A stretch of 64,000 nucleotides of DNA from Ascoidea asiatica JCM 7603 (lineage: Eukaryota > Fungi > Ascomycota), in contig BCKQ01000005.1 of the NCBI GenBank assembly GCA_001600695.1, positions 983,820 through 1,047,819 of the forward strand, given 5' to 3'. Position 1 is the stretch's first letter. Every line of letters starts with the position of its first letter. The notes below the pieces were generated by a model, which searched no databases, had not been told where the DNA came from, and saw nothing but the letters and a program-made list of their open reading frames with translations. This document shows positions 10,609 to 21,209 of this stretch, in pieces. The position numbers and the translations under genes were made by a program.

Positions 10609-13236
10609 ATGGAAAAATTAAAAGATTATGATAAAGATTATATAAATTTAAATCATATAAATGCATTTAAAGAAGCTTTAGAAATTGATGATAATTTATT
10701 AAATCAATCAACTTATAATTTAAATTCAATTTCAAATTCTTTAAATGCTTCTTTATCTTCTTTAAATTTAAATTTATTTTCTTTTAATAAAGATAAAAAA
10801 ATTTTAAATAATTCATCTTCTTTAAAAACTCCTTTAATTCATATTCAATCTCAACCAAATATATCTAATTTAAATAATAAAAATAATAATATAATAGATT
10901 CTCCAAAGAAAATAACTTCAAAAAGTGATTGGATTCCAATTTATAAAAAATTAAGTAATTCTGCTTCAGATTTATCTTCTTTAAAATCTTCTTCAAAATC
11001 TTCGGATTCAATACCTTTTAATCCTAAATTAAATCAAATTAATAATCTAAAAACTAAAGAAAAAACTAAAGAAAAAGAAAAAGAAAAAGAAAAAGAAAAA
11101 GAAAAAGAAAAAGAAAATATAAAAGATTATAATGAAATTAAAAAAATTAAAAATTTTCAAATTAATTCTTCTATTTCAAAAAAATCAAATGATTTATTTC
11201 TTAATGATTCTTTCAAACAAGGTTGGTCTTATAAATTTTTAAGCTGGCCAATTTTATTTTTCTCAATTTGGTGGATTTCAATATTATTTATATTTTATTC
11301 AATTATTAGATTTTATGTTGCAATTATGGAATATTTATTTACTTGGAGAGGTAAAAGAAGAATTTTAAGAAAAAATTTAAGAAATTCAAAAAATTATAAA
11401 AATTGGATAAATAATGCTTTAATTTTAGATAATTTTTTAAATTTAAATTCTTGGAAATTAGATCATAAAAATTATTATTATGATTGGAAAACTTTATCAA
11501 AAATTGTTAAATTATTAAAAAAATTAAATAATAATATCTTAAATTCATCAAATAGTAATCATTATAACAATAACAATAACAATAACAATAACAATAACAA
11601 TAACAACAATAATAATGACAATGATATAAAAAAATTAATAATAATTTTATCAAATTGTGTTAAAGCAAACTTTGCTGGTATTGAAGGTTCAATTTTATAT
11701 TCTCAAACTTATTATGGTACTAAAAATTTAATTCATGATTATTATAATCAATTATCAATATCTTTAAATATTTTAATTAATTCAAAATATTCAAAATTTT
11801 TAGATCCATTTGAGAAATATAAATTATTTAAAACTTTTAATAGAAATTATGGTAAATCTGCTTTATGTCTTTCTGGTGGTGCATGTTTTGCATATACTCA
11901 TTTTGGTGTTATTAAAGCTTTAATTGATAATGATTTATTACCAAAAATAATTTCTGGTACAAGTGGTGGTGGTTTAGTTGCAGCTTTAGCTTGTACAAGA
12001 ACAAATGATGAATTAAAAAATTTAATAATACCTGAATTAGCTTATAAAATTACTGCATGTTCTGATTCTTCTTGGATTTGTTTTAAAAGATGGTGGAAAA
12101 CTGGTGCTTTTTTTGATTCAATTGATTGGGCAAAAAAATCAAATTGGTTCACACTTGGTAGTTTATCTTTTAAAGATTGTTATAAAAGAACTGGAAAAAT
12201 TTTAAATATTTCAACTGTACCTTCTGAACCTCATTCTCCAGTAATTTTATGTAATTATAAAACTTCTCCAGATTGTGTAATTTGGAGTACTTTATTAGCA
12301 TCTTCTGCAGTTCCTGGAATTTTAAATCCAGTTGTTTTAATGATTAAAGAAAAAAATTCAAATGATATAATACCATTTAGTTTTGGTAATAAATGGAAAG
12401 ATGGTTCTTTAAGAACTGATATACCTGTTGAAGCTTTAAATACTTATTTTAATGTTAAATTTCCAATAGTTTCTCAAGTTAATCCTCATATTGCTTTATT
12501 TTTTTATGCTCCAAAAGGTAGTGTTGGTAGACCAGTTTCAAGAAGAAGAGGTTATGGTTTAAGAGGTGGTTTTATTAGTGCAGCTTTAGAACATTTTACT
12601 AAATTAGAACTTAGAAAATGGTTAAAATTTGTTAAAGGTTTAGATGTCTTACCACATATTAAAGATCAAGATTGGTCAAATATTTGGTTACAAAGATTTA
12701 GTGGTACAATAACTTTATGGCCAAAAATTACTTTAATGGATTTTTGGTATATATTAACAGATCCAACACCTGAAAGAATGAAAACAATGATAAGAAATGG
12801 TGAATTAACTGCATATCCAAAATTATTATTTATTAAACATAGACTTACAATTGAAAGAATTATTGAAAAAGGTTTACATGATTCAAGAAAACTTTATAAA
12901 AATAAAACTAGAAGTAATACAAATTTTCAAACTCCAACTGATTTTTCTGCAACTGAATTTACAAATGAAGAACATTTAGATAATAATATTATTAATAATA
13001 ATAATAATTATGATACTGAAATTTTAAAAAGTAAAGTTACAGATGGTATTGATTTTTCTGTTAGAATGAATTCATCAATTTCAAATAATAAAACAGATCC
13101 AGAATTTTATAATTCTGAAGAAGATTCTGATTATAATAGTGGATTTACAGTTTCAAGTTCAGAAGATGATTATTATTCAGATAAATCTCATGAAAATATA
13201 GTTTCTTCTGGAGAAGATGATGAATTTAAAAAATAA
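10609..13236 (+). CDS. Patatin-like phospholipase/triacylglycerol lipase (Tgl3/4/5-related)
   Basis: Oxyanion motif LCLSGGA, nucleophile elbow GTSGG, catalytic WKDGS, and a hydrophobic segment before the patatin domain. Confidence 0.9.
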   Translation: MEKLKDYDKDYINLNHINAFKEALEIDDNLLNQSTYNLNSISNSLNASLSSLNLNLFSFNKDKKILNNSSSLKTPLIHIQSQPNISNLNNKNNNIIDSPKKITSKSDWIPIYKKLSNSASDLSSLKSSSKSSDSIPFNPKLNQINNLKTKEKTKEKEKEKEKEKEKEKENIKDYNEIKKIKNFQINSSISKKSNDLFLNDSFKQGWSYKFLSWPILFFSIWWISILFIFYSIIRFYVAIMEYLFTWRGKRRILRKNLRNSKNYKNWINNALILDNFLNLNSWKLDHKNYYYDWKTLSKIVKLLKKLNNNILNSSNSNHYNNNNNNNNNNNNNNNNNDNDIKKLIIILSNCVKANFAGIEGSILYSQTYYGTKNLIHDYYNQLSISLNILINSKYSKFLDPFEKYKLFKTFNRNYGKSALCLSGGACFAYTHFGVIKALIDNDLLPKIISGTSGGGLVAALACTRTNDELKNLIIPELAYKITACSDSSWICFKRWWKTGAFFDSIDWAKKSNWFTLGSLSFKDCYKRTGKILNISTVPSEPHSPVILCNYKTSPDCVIWSTLLASSAVPGILNPVVLMIKEKNSNDIIPFSFGNKWKDGSLRTDIPVEALNTYFNVKFPIVSQVNPHIALFFYAPKGSVGRPVSRRRGYGLRGGFISAALEHFTKLELRKWLKFVKGLDVLPHIKDQDWSNIWLQRFSGTITLWPKITLMDFWYILTDPTPERMKTMIRNGELTAYPKLLFIKHRLTIERIIEKGLHDSRKLYKNKTRSNTNFQTPTDFSATEFTNEEHLDNNIINNNNNYDTEILKSKVTDGIDFSVRMNSSISNNKTDPEFYNSEEDSDYNSGFTVSSSEDDYYSDKSHENIVSSGEDDEFKK

Positions 13237-13748
13237 AAACATTGGAAATAAAAATATAATTCAATACAATACAATACTATATTTAAGAACAAAACTTTTT
13301 TTTTTTTTTTTTTTCTCAAAAATCTTTTTTTTTTGTCTTTAAAAATTATCAAGATATGTCTGTCAGCTTTAGTTTTATTTGATGATTAAGAAAAAAAGAT
13401 TAAAGAATATAATAAATTAGGTAGTCTTTTTGGTGAAGGAAATTATGGATACGGAATTTGATTTTTGATACAAAAAAATTGAGTAAAAATTTTTTAAAAG
13501 AACTTTGAACATTGAAATCAATTGATATTCTTTATATAGAACATATTTAATAAATAAAAGTTTTTTTTCAAAAAAATAAAAATTGAAAAAAAAAAAAAAC
13601 ATTTAAAATTTATTTGGTTTTGTGAAATTTATTTGATTTAACTTTTAAGGTTCGGCTATATGCAAGGTGACGCTTAAGCTACGACGTGAAACATATTTTG
13701 TAAGACCCGTTACAGTGGTTAAATTTCAATCAAAAAAAAAAATATTTT

Positions 13749-13759
13749 TGAAAAATTTT
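13749..13759 (+). promoter_or_regulatory. RRPE element upstream of NOB1
   Basis: Exact TGAAAAATTTT about 120 bp before the ATG of a ribosome-biogenesis gene. Confidence 0.7.
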
Positions 13760-13876
13760 GAAAAAAGTGATAATTTGAATATTAGATAAAAACAGAATAA
13801 ATATAATTTATTAAATTCGAATTGTTTTGAATCCTTTTTTGTGAATTAAAATAGAAATAATATAAAGAGATTAAAA

Positions 13877-15628
13877 ATGACAGAAGATATAAAAGATCAA
13901 GAAGAAGATAAATATTTATTAGAAGAATTAGTTGTTGATGCAGGACCATTATTAACAATTGATTTAAATAATTTAAGTAAAATTAGTAAAAAATTATATA
14001 CATCATTAACAGTTTTTAATGAAATTAAAGATGAAAATTCTCGAATTAAATTAAATAATTTTATAAATATTAATCCAAATAAATTAATAATTAAACAACC
14101 AAAACAAGAATTTATAAATAAAATTTTAAGATTTAGTAAATTAACAGGAGATTATAATGTTTTAAGTACAAATGATATTCATATTTTAGCATTAACTTAT
14201 GAACTTCAAATTGAGAATGATTTAAAAAAAGGAATTAAATATCATAATTTAAGAAATCAACCTGGAGAATTACTTGAAAGTGATAAATTAAGAATTGAAA
14301 ATGAAAAAAAAGAAAGGGAAGAAAGAAAAATTAAAGAAGAATTAGAAAGAAAAATTAAAGAAGAATTAGATCAAAAAAATTTAGAAAAAGAATTAGAATT
14401 TTTGAATATTGAAAAAAATAAAGAAGAGAATGAAATAAATGAAAATGGTGAATTAAAAAAGAAAACTAAAAAAAAATTTGTTCCAAAGAATGCTAGTATT
14501 AAAATTGGTGGTAAAAGAGCACAAAGAAAAGAAAGATTAAGAATTAGATTAGAAGAAGAAGAAAAAAATGAAAAGAAATCAAATATGAGTAATGAAACTA
14601 TTGAAAAAGTTAATATAGATATTAAAGATAATAAAAATAATGAAGAAAGTAAGAAAATTGAAGATAATGAAGATAAAAATGAAAAAGAAATAATAAAAAC
14701 TGAAGAAAAAAAAGAAATAAAGGAGGTAGATATTGAATTGGGTAATAAAGATATAATTGAAAAAGAAAAGAATGAAGATATAAAGAAAGAAGATAATAAG
14801 GATACAGAAGAAAAACTCAAACAAGAAGAAGAACAAGAGGAAGATGAAGAACAAGAAAAAGAAGATGTAGACGAAGAAGAAGACGATGAAGAAGACGAAG
14901 ATGGTGGTGATTGGATAACACCAGATAATTTTGATGAAGAACATGAAAAACAAGGTAAGAGTGTTTATGAAGAACCATTAGTAAAAGAGAATGGAGAAAG
15001 TGAAGAAAATGAAGAAGGAAAAGATAAAAAAAGAAGAAATGTAGTTGGATTAACAACAGGAGATTATGCTATACAAAATGTAGCATTACAAATAAATCTT
15101 CAATTAATTAATTCCATGAGTGGATTTCGAATTAATAAAATTCGATCATATATGTTAAGATGTCATGCATGTTTTAAATTAATACCAATGAAATTAAATA
15201 TTGAACATAAAATTCAATTTTGTCCATATTGTGGAGGAAATACAATTTTAAGATGTTCAGTTACAATTGATTCAAAAACTGGTAAAATTTATCCACATTT
15301 AAAAAAAAATTTTGAATGGCATTTAAAAGGAAATAGATATTCAATTTCATCACCATTATCAAAAAATTCAAAAAAAAAATATGGTAAAAAGGGTTTTCAA
15401 CATAAAAAAGAAGGATGGAAATATGAAGTACCTTTATTAACAGAAGATCAAAAAGAATATCAAGAAGCTATAAAGCAACAAAAATATAATATTGAAAAAA
15501 ATCAAAAATTATTTAATGATGGTTTAGATAATAATGCAGGACCTTTTGGAGTTGATTTTGCTAGATCCACAATTGTCAAAGTCAGCAAAGGAAGAAGAGC
15601 AAATGCTTCACGTAAAACAAAAAAATAA
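13877..15628 (+). CDS. NOB1: 20S pre-rRNA D-site endonuclease
   Basis: PIN domain (VVDAGPLL, TGDYNVLSTNDIHILALTYEL), DWITPDN, TGDYAIQNVALQ and zinc ribbon CHAC...CPYC. Confidence 0.96.
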   Translation: MTEDIKDQEEDKYLLEELVVDAGPLLTIDLNNLSKISKKLYTSLTVFNEIKDENSRIKLNNFININPNKLIIKQPKQEFINKILRFSKLTGDYNVLSTNDIHILALTYELQIENDLKKGIKYHNLRNQPGELLESDKLRIENEKKEREERKIKEELERKIKEELDQKNLEKELEFLNIEKNKEENEINENGELKKKTKKKFVPKNASIKIGGKRAQRKERLRIRLEEEEKNEKKSNMSNETIEKVNIDIKDNKNNEESKKIEDNEDKNEKEIIKTEEKKEIKEVDIELGNKDIIEKEKNEDIKKEDNKDTEEKLKQEEEQEEDEEQEKEDVDEEEDDEEDEDGGDWITPDNFDEEHEKQGKSVYEEPLVKENGESEENEEGKDKKRRNVVGLTTGDYAIQNVALQINLQLINSMSGFRINKIRSYMLRCHACFKLIPMKLNIEHKIQFCPYCGGNTILRCSVTIDSKTGKIYPHLKKNFEWHLKGNRYSISSPLSKNSKKKYGKKGFQHKKEGWKYEVPLLTEDQKEYQEAIKQQKYNIEKNQKLFNDGLDNNAGPFGVDFARSTIVKVSKGRRANASRKTKK

Positions 15629-16283
15629 TTGAATTGAGATCTAGGTATTAATCTGTTTATAAATTCATTTTTGATTTATACTTCATTTATGACTTTCATA
15701 TTACAATCAAAAAAAAAAAAGATTAAATTAATTAGTTCACTCATTGGTAAATATTTCAAGATCACTAACGAAAGCGAAACCATATGAACGGTACTTCTAA
15801 AAAGAAAAAGTACATATCACGTTTACTTTTGGAGCCACAACAGTGGGCTGTCTAAGTTTTTAAGATCATTGCCGAGAAGCACGGATCCGTGTTTCTGGTC
15901 TCTTTTCCGGGATACGACACGGGCGATGTTGTGTGCAGCGCTGAGCGTCGAGCGTGCAGATTTATTTATATCTGTATTTGTATCTGGAATTGTAATTTTA
16001 ATTAGTGCTGCCAAAGAGAACAAGAGAAGAAGAAGAAGAAGGATGCCAGTCAGTCTCTGTGAACAGTGGTGTGGATATAAGAAAAGAATCATCTCGCAGC
16101 AGACAAGGAAACAAGAGGCAAACATTTCAATGATGTACAAGAAAATACAGGGAAATATAAAGAAATTACAGGGATGGTACAGCAAACTGCCAAAAGAAGA
16201 TAGAGAGAGTAACTGCACTGTTACTAGTATTCCATAATCCAGTTAGTGCTGACAATACTGTAACAACATATAAATACAATGAT

Positions 16284-16319
<36 letters not shown>

Positions 16320-16421
16320 TTCTTCTTCTTTATAATCATCAATTCTTTTTGTTTTTGTTGAGTGATTGAATGATTAAATCATAACTATTAAAGACGCTCT
16401 TTTTCTAGATTTATCTTTAAA

Positions 16422-18800
16422 ATGGATCAATTCTTTCATAGAGATATTTCAAATGCCTTACAATTGAGACAAAGTCAATTAGATGAATTACATTCAAAGG
16501 AATTCAATTCCAGTAATGATAAAACATCAAGCTCGAATTATCGTAATCTTAATCATAATCATACTCATAATAATAATATTAAGAGAAGTGTATTTTCTTC
16601 AACAGAAATTAATTCAACTTTATCACAATCTTCAAAATTTCCAAATTTAAGTTTAAATAATTCAAATAAAAACTCAAATAATCAAAATCACAATAATAAT
16701 CAAAATAATAATCAGAATGATAATCGGAATGATAATCGGAATGATAATAATAATATTAAAAATTCTAAAAATATTCAAACTTTTTCATCTAAACAAATTT
16801 ATACAAGTGATACTATTATAAGTTCAAGTCCAATTAAATCAAATAAAAATTTATTAAATTCAAGAATTAATAATGAATTAATTCTTTTTAATAAAGATAA
16901 TAATAATAATAATAATACCAAAAATGATATCCAAATTAATCATAATAACCATGAAAAGAACAATGTCAATAGCAATGTCAATGATAATGAAATTGAAAAT
17001 GATAATGATAATAAAATTGAAAATGACAATGACAATGATAATGAAAATGATGAAATTATTTATAAATTTCAAAATGAAATTTCAGATTCAAATTTATTAA
17101 AAGATTCAACTTCAAATTTAATTAAATGGTCAAATAGATTAGAATTAGAAACTATAAATTTAAAAAAAATTAATGAATCTTTTAAATTAGAATTTATTGA
17201 TTTAATTAATAATCAATTAATTGATAAATTTTTAATAAATTTTAATAATAATTTAATTCAATTTAAAAATTTATTATTAAAATTTAATTCTAATAATAAT
17301 AACAATAATAATAATCATTCTACCAGTAATGAATTTAATAATTCTAAATATTCTAAGAATAATAAAGTTTTATTTAATTTCTTACATGTGAAATTTTTAA
17401 ATTTAGAAAAAACTATAATTAAATCAAATAATGATTTAATTAAACAATTTAAAACTATTATTATTAATAATAATAAAAGTAACAATAACATTTTAAATGA
17501 TCAATTTTCTAAAAAATTAAATAAATTAATAATAGATTCAATAAAAAATGAATTTAAACTTCAAAATTCTATAAATGATAAAATTATTAATAAAAATCAA
17601 TGTAATTGTAATTGTAAATGTGATAATAATAATAATAATAACATTAATAATAATAAAAGTAACAATAACATTTTAAATGATCAATTTTCTAAAAAATTAA
17701 ATAAATTAATAATAGATTCAATAAAAAATGAATTTAAACTTCAAAATTCTATAAATGATAAAATTATTAATAAAAATCAATGTAATTGTAATTGTAAATG
17801 TGATAATAATAATAATAATAACATTAATAATAATAAAAGTAAAGAAATTGATCAAAAACCAAAAAAAATTCCAGGAAAAAGAGGTAGAAAACCAAAACCT
17901 AAAATTGATAAAATTAATAAAGATATTGAAACAATTTCAAATACAATTCATAAACCAAAATTTGAAATTCCACCTTCAAAAATTTCTTTAAATAATGTAA
18001 TTACAAATTATAATTTAAGAAAATCAAGATTAAATTCAAAATCTTTAATTTCATCAAATAATAATATTAAAAAAATTAATAAAGTGATTAAAGTTAATAA
18101 AATTATCAAAGATAATAAGGATAATAAAACTAATGGAATTGAAAGTATTATATGTACTCCAAGAAAAACAAAATATATTAAAGTTCCAAGAAGAAGATTT
18201 AGATTAAAATGTTTTAATTGTATAAAATTGAAAAGAAATTGTGATAAATTAAAACCAAGTTGTATAATGTGTTGGGAAAATGATTTAGAAAATTCATGTA
18301 ATTATGAATTACCAAAATCTTTAGATAAAGATAATGAGAATGAGAATGAAATAGAAAATGAGAATGAAATAGAAAATGAAAATCAAGAAGGAAATGAATA
18401 TATTAATAAAAATATAGAATTAAGTAGTGATAATGAATTTGAATTTAATGGTAATGAAATTTTAAATAAAAGTTTAAAAAATATAAATAAATTTGAAAAT
18501 AATTTTGATTTAGAATCAAGTATAAATTCAAATTCAAGTTCAAATTTAAATGAATTATTTAAAGAAAATAATTATGATAATGAGAATGAATTGGATGATA
18601 ATTTACAATATGATTTTCCAAAAGGTGAATTTAATATGAAATATAATAATAAAAGTTATGGAAATAATAGAAGTTATGGTAATATTAATATTAATAATAA
18701 TAATAATAATAAAAGAAAATATAATAATAATTATAATTTTAGTAGAAAAAAATTATTAATATCAAGCGAGATTGATTTAGATTCTTTTCAAGATATTTAA
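16422..18800 (+). CDS. Uncharacterised Asn-rich protein with a late Zn(II)2Cys6 cluster and an AT-hook-like motif
   Basis: 792-aa ORF with C-X2-C-X6-C-X6-C-X2-C-X8-C at 18210-18299 and KRGRKPKPK near 17880. Confidence 0.8.
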   Translation: MDQFFHRDISNALQLRQSQLDELHSKEFNSSNDKTSSSNYRNLNHNHTHNNNIKRSVFSSTEINSTLSQSSKFPNLSLNNSNKNSNNQNHNNNQNNNQNDNRNDNRNDNNNIKNSKNIQTFSSKQIYTSDTIISSSPIKSNKNLLNSRINNELILFNKDNNNNNNTKNDIQINHNNHEKNNVNSNVNDNEIENDNDNKIENDNDNDNENDEIIYKFQNEISDSNLLKDSTSNLIKWSNRLELETINLKKINESFKLEFIDLINNQLIDKFLINFNNNLIQFKNLLLKFNSNNNNNNNNHSTSNEFNNSKYSKNNKVLFNFLHVKFLNLEKTIIKSNNDLIKQFKTIIINNNKSNNNILNDQFSKKLNKLIIDSIKNEFKLQNSINDKIINKNQCNCNCKCDNNNNNNINNNKSNNNILNDQFSKKLNKLIIDSIKNEFKLQNSINDKIINKNQCNCNCKCDNNNNNNINNNKSKEIDQKPKKIPGKRGRKPKPKIDKINKDIETISNTIHKPKFEIPPSKISLNNVITNYNLRKSRLNSKSLISSNNNIKKINKVIKVNKIIKDNKDNKTNGIESIICTPRKTKYIKVPRRRFRLKCFNCIKLKRNCDKLKPSCIMCWENDLENSCNYELPKSLDKDNENENEIENENEIENENQEGNEYINKNIELSSDNEFEFNGNEILNKSLKNINKFENNFDLESSINSNSSSNLNELFKENNYDNENELDDNLQYDFPKGEFNMKYNNKSYGNNRSYGNININNNNNNKRKYNNNYNFSRKKLLISSEIDLDSFQDI
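17463..17842 (+). repeat. Perfect in-frame 180-bp tandem duplication (2 units plus 20 bp)
   Basis: 17463-17642 is identical to 17643-17822. ATTAATAATAATAAAAGTAA starts each unit and recurs at 17823. Confidence 0.95.
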
Positions 18801-18827
18801 AATTTTAATTTATTGAAGAGAGAAGTG

Positions 18828-18865
<38 letters not shown>

Positions 18866-19129
18866 GAAAAAAAGAAACATAAGCATTAATACATAGGTGG
18901 GTGATTAGATAGATAGTTGTTAGATGATGTTGGTTAGATGATGGTGGTTAGATAATTGATGGATAGATAGTTATTCATATATAATTTAAAGAATTTAAAG
19001 AATTTAAAGAAAGAATTTATAATAAATGAGAATAATAATTTAATTTAAGTAAGTAGGTAGATAAGTAGGTAGGTAAATAGATAGTTAATTAAGTAATAAT
19101 AATATAATGTAAATTAAAAATTAAATTAT

Positions 19130-19627
19130 TTATTCATCTTTTTTAATTTCAGCATATTTACCATTTCCATGATTTGAGAAATTAAAAAAAGGTAAGATAT
19201 GTAAACCTAATTGAGAATTAGTTGAATTTCTCATTGCAACATCTTTTAAAAATGGATTTAATTCAGATTTACCTTGTGGTGGTAAATTATTTTTTAAATT
19301 TGATTTAACTTCTAATTTATATTTATTTAATTCAATTTTATTTTCAGATATACCCCAAAATCTTTTTGTTGAATTATTATAAGCTAAAATAAAACCAGCA
19401 CCAAAACCAATTAAAGTTGCAACTCTTAAGAATTGATTTGAAGGTTTTTTATAAGATTTACCATTAACAGGATCAAATTTTTCAAATAAATTAAATAAAA
19501 TTGGAGATGAAATTGTACCTAAAGCCCATATAGAATAATCAATTGGTCTCATATAAGTTACAACACGACCAAAAGAAGGATCTGAATCAATTAAAGGATA
19601 TTTTGCAGCAGGTTGAGGATTAGACAT
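19130..19627 (-). CDS. NUXM: NADH:ubiquinone oxidoreductase (complex I) 21-kDa accessory subunit, NUXM family
   Basis: YPLIDSDPSFGRVVTYMRPIDY, GFGAGFILAYNNSTKRFWGISEN and RNSTNSQL...PFFNFSNH. Confidence 0.9.
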   Translation of the reverse strand: MSNPQPAAKYPLIDSDPSFGRVVTYMRPIDYSIWALGTISSPILFNLFEKFDPVNGKSYKKPSNQFLRVATLIGFGAGFILAYNNSTKRFWGISENKIELNKYKLEVKSNLKNNLPPQGKSELNPFLKDVAMRNSTNSQLGLHILPFFNFSNHGNGKYAEIKKDE

Positions 19628-19806
19628 TTTTAATTATTGTTATTGTGTTGTAATATGAATATAATTTTACAAATACTATCTATATTTTAAAAGAGATTGA
19701 TTAAATATAGTTAGTATATTAAATAGTATATTAAATAGTATATTTGATAGTATCTGATAGTATGTTTATTTGTAGGGGTAATTTTTGTATTTGTATAAAA
19801 CCATAA

Positions 19807-19872
19807 CCAATTAAAAATATTTAATTCCTAATCGCAGAGAGCGTTACCCGGGCAAGTATTATAGCATGTGAT
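19807..19872. promoter_or_regulatory. Divergent promoter with CCAAT box, Reb1-type and Cbf1-type sites
   Basis: CCAAT at 19807-19811, TTACCCGG at 19844-19851, CATGTGAT at 19865-19872. Confidence 0.55.
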
Positions 19873-20017
19873 TTGAGTACTGAATAGGAAAGTTGCAGGT
19901 CGGAACTTGCATTACTTAAAATATTATAATATTTATCGGTAATTTTTAATGTTATTAAATTATTTCAGTAAATGATAAATGATTATAGTTAAGATAATAA
20001 TAAGAATAAGAATAAAA

Positions 20018-20635
20018 ATGGTATGGACATTCTGGAATAAGAGTAATAGTAATAATAGTAATAATAGTAATAATGAAACGAAAGTGGATTTTAATTTAGA
20101 AGATAATAATGTAGTTAAATATAATTTATCACCAGAATTAATGGATTTTTTTAAAAAAGAAACACCAAGAGATGATTTAATATTTAAATTTAATAAAGAT
20201 AATAGTAAAAATGATATTGATAATAAAAATGAAATAAAATCAGATGAAAATAATTTAAATAAAGAAGAATTTGAAAAATATAAAAGAGAAAATGATATAA
20301 AAAGTACAACATTAAATAATTGTGCAGAAGTTCAATTAAATTTAATGAATTGTATAAAAAATGGAAATTTTAAAGAAAAATTAACATTTTGTAATAAACA
20401 AGGAACTTTATTAATAAATTGTTTAAAATATCAAAAATTTGCATTAAATGAATTAAATTATTCAAATTCAAAATCTATTAAAGAATTTGAAAAAATTAAA
20501 GGTATCTCAGATGATTTATTTTTAAATAATTTTGGTAGTGATGGTAGTAAAGTAAATAAAGATAGTAAATATAATTTTTATAAAGAGTTAGAAGAACATA
20601 AAGAAAAACTTTGGGGTAAAGATGAAGAATGGTAA
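20018..20635 (+). CDS. Uncharacterised twin-CX9C protein
   Basis: AAAATG start at 20018 (MVWTFW...), with C-AEVQLNLMN-C and C-NKQGTLLIN-C. Confidence 0.75.
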   Translation: MVWTFWNKSNSNNSNNSNNETKVDFNLEDNNVVKYNLSPELMDFFKKETPRDDLIFKFNKDNSKNDIDNKNEIKSDENNLNKEEFEKYKRENDIKSTTLNNCAEVQLNLMNCIKNGNFKEKLTFCNKQGTLLINCLKYQKFALNELNYSNSKSIKEFEKIKGISDDLFLNNFGSDGSKVNKDSKYNFYKELEEHKEKLWGKDEEW

Positions 20636-20719
20636 TAATTTCTTTTGAATGATAAATTGTAAATGAATAAATAGTAAAAGTAGTAAGAAATAATATAATG
20701 ATTGTATTGTATCGTGCAC

Positions 20720-21102
20720 TTACGTAATTGCAAGCTCTCTCACTGCTCTTTTCACGTGCCCCCTGTCGGCTGCTGTTCTCACCCCGAGCCTGGCTCTGGC
20801 GATTTGATTCGTGGGCCTGTGCGCTTATTAATACCAGAGACACAACACCAAGAACAAGAACACGAACACGAACAAGACCAGAGAAGACCAGAATGAAGTG
20901 CTCATCGATCGATCTCATCCATCGCCTCCAGCCAGAACTCGACTCGTTCCATGCTGATTGGGTTTGTTAGCAAAACAGCAGCTGCTTCTACACCGAATCG
21001 ACTTAGTAATTAACTTGTACTCTGCTCTGCTCACTTCCACCACTGCCTCTGACGTTACCCAAATTTACACTTTTCCACTCTTCGTATATAACTAATTACT
21101 AA
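20720..21102. promoter_or_regulatory. Yap1-type response elements upstream of thioredoxin
   Basis: TTACGTAA at 20720-20727, TTAGTAA at 21003-21009, TTACTAA at 21096-21102. TRX2 is a known Yap1 target. Confidence 0.6.
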
Positions 21103-21209
21103 TTCATTATCATTATCTTTTGTATAAATACCAATCACTATCTTCCTAAAAAATCAAATATAAGTTTCAGTTACAGTTTCCTCTTGCTCTTCTTTTCTCT
21201 TTTACTTGA

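Noticed and set aside
15823-16237. Overlapping 131-aa and 122-aa ORFs (similarly 9823-10417, 20496-20970, 49052-49485)
   Set aside because: They arise because GC-rich promoter patches have few stops. Most have non-ATG starts, codon usage unlike neighbouring genes, and no motifs.
18827-18863. Long poly(A) tract just after the Zn-cluster gene as a retrocopy tail
   Set aside because: No target-site duplication was seen, and homopolymer runs are common in this window.
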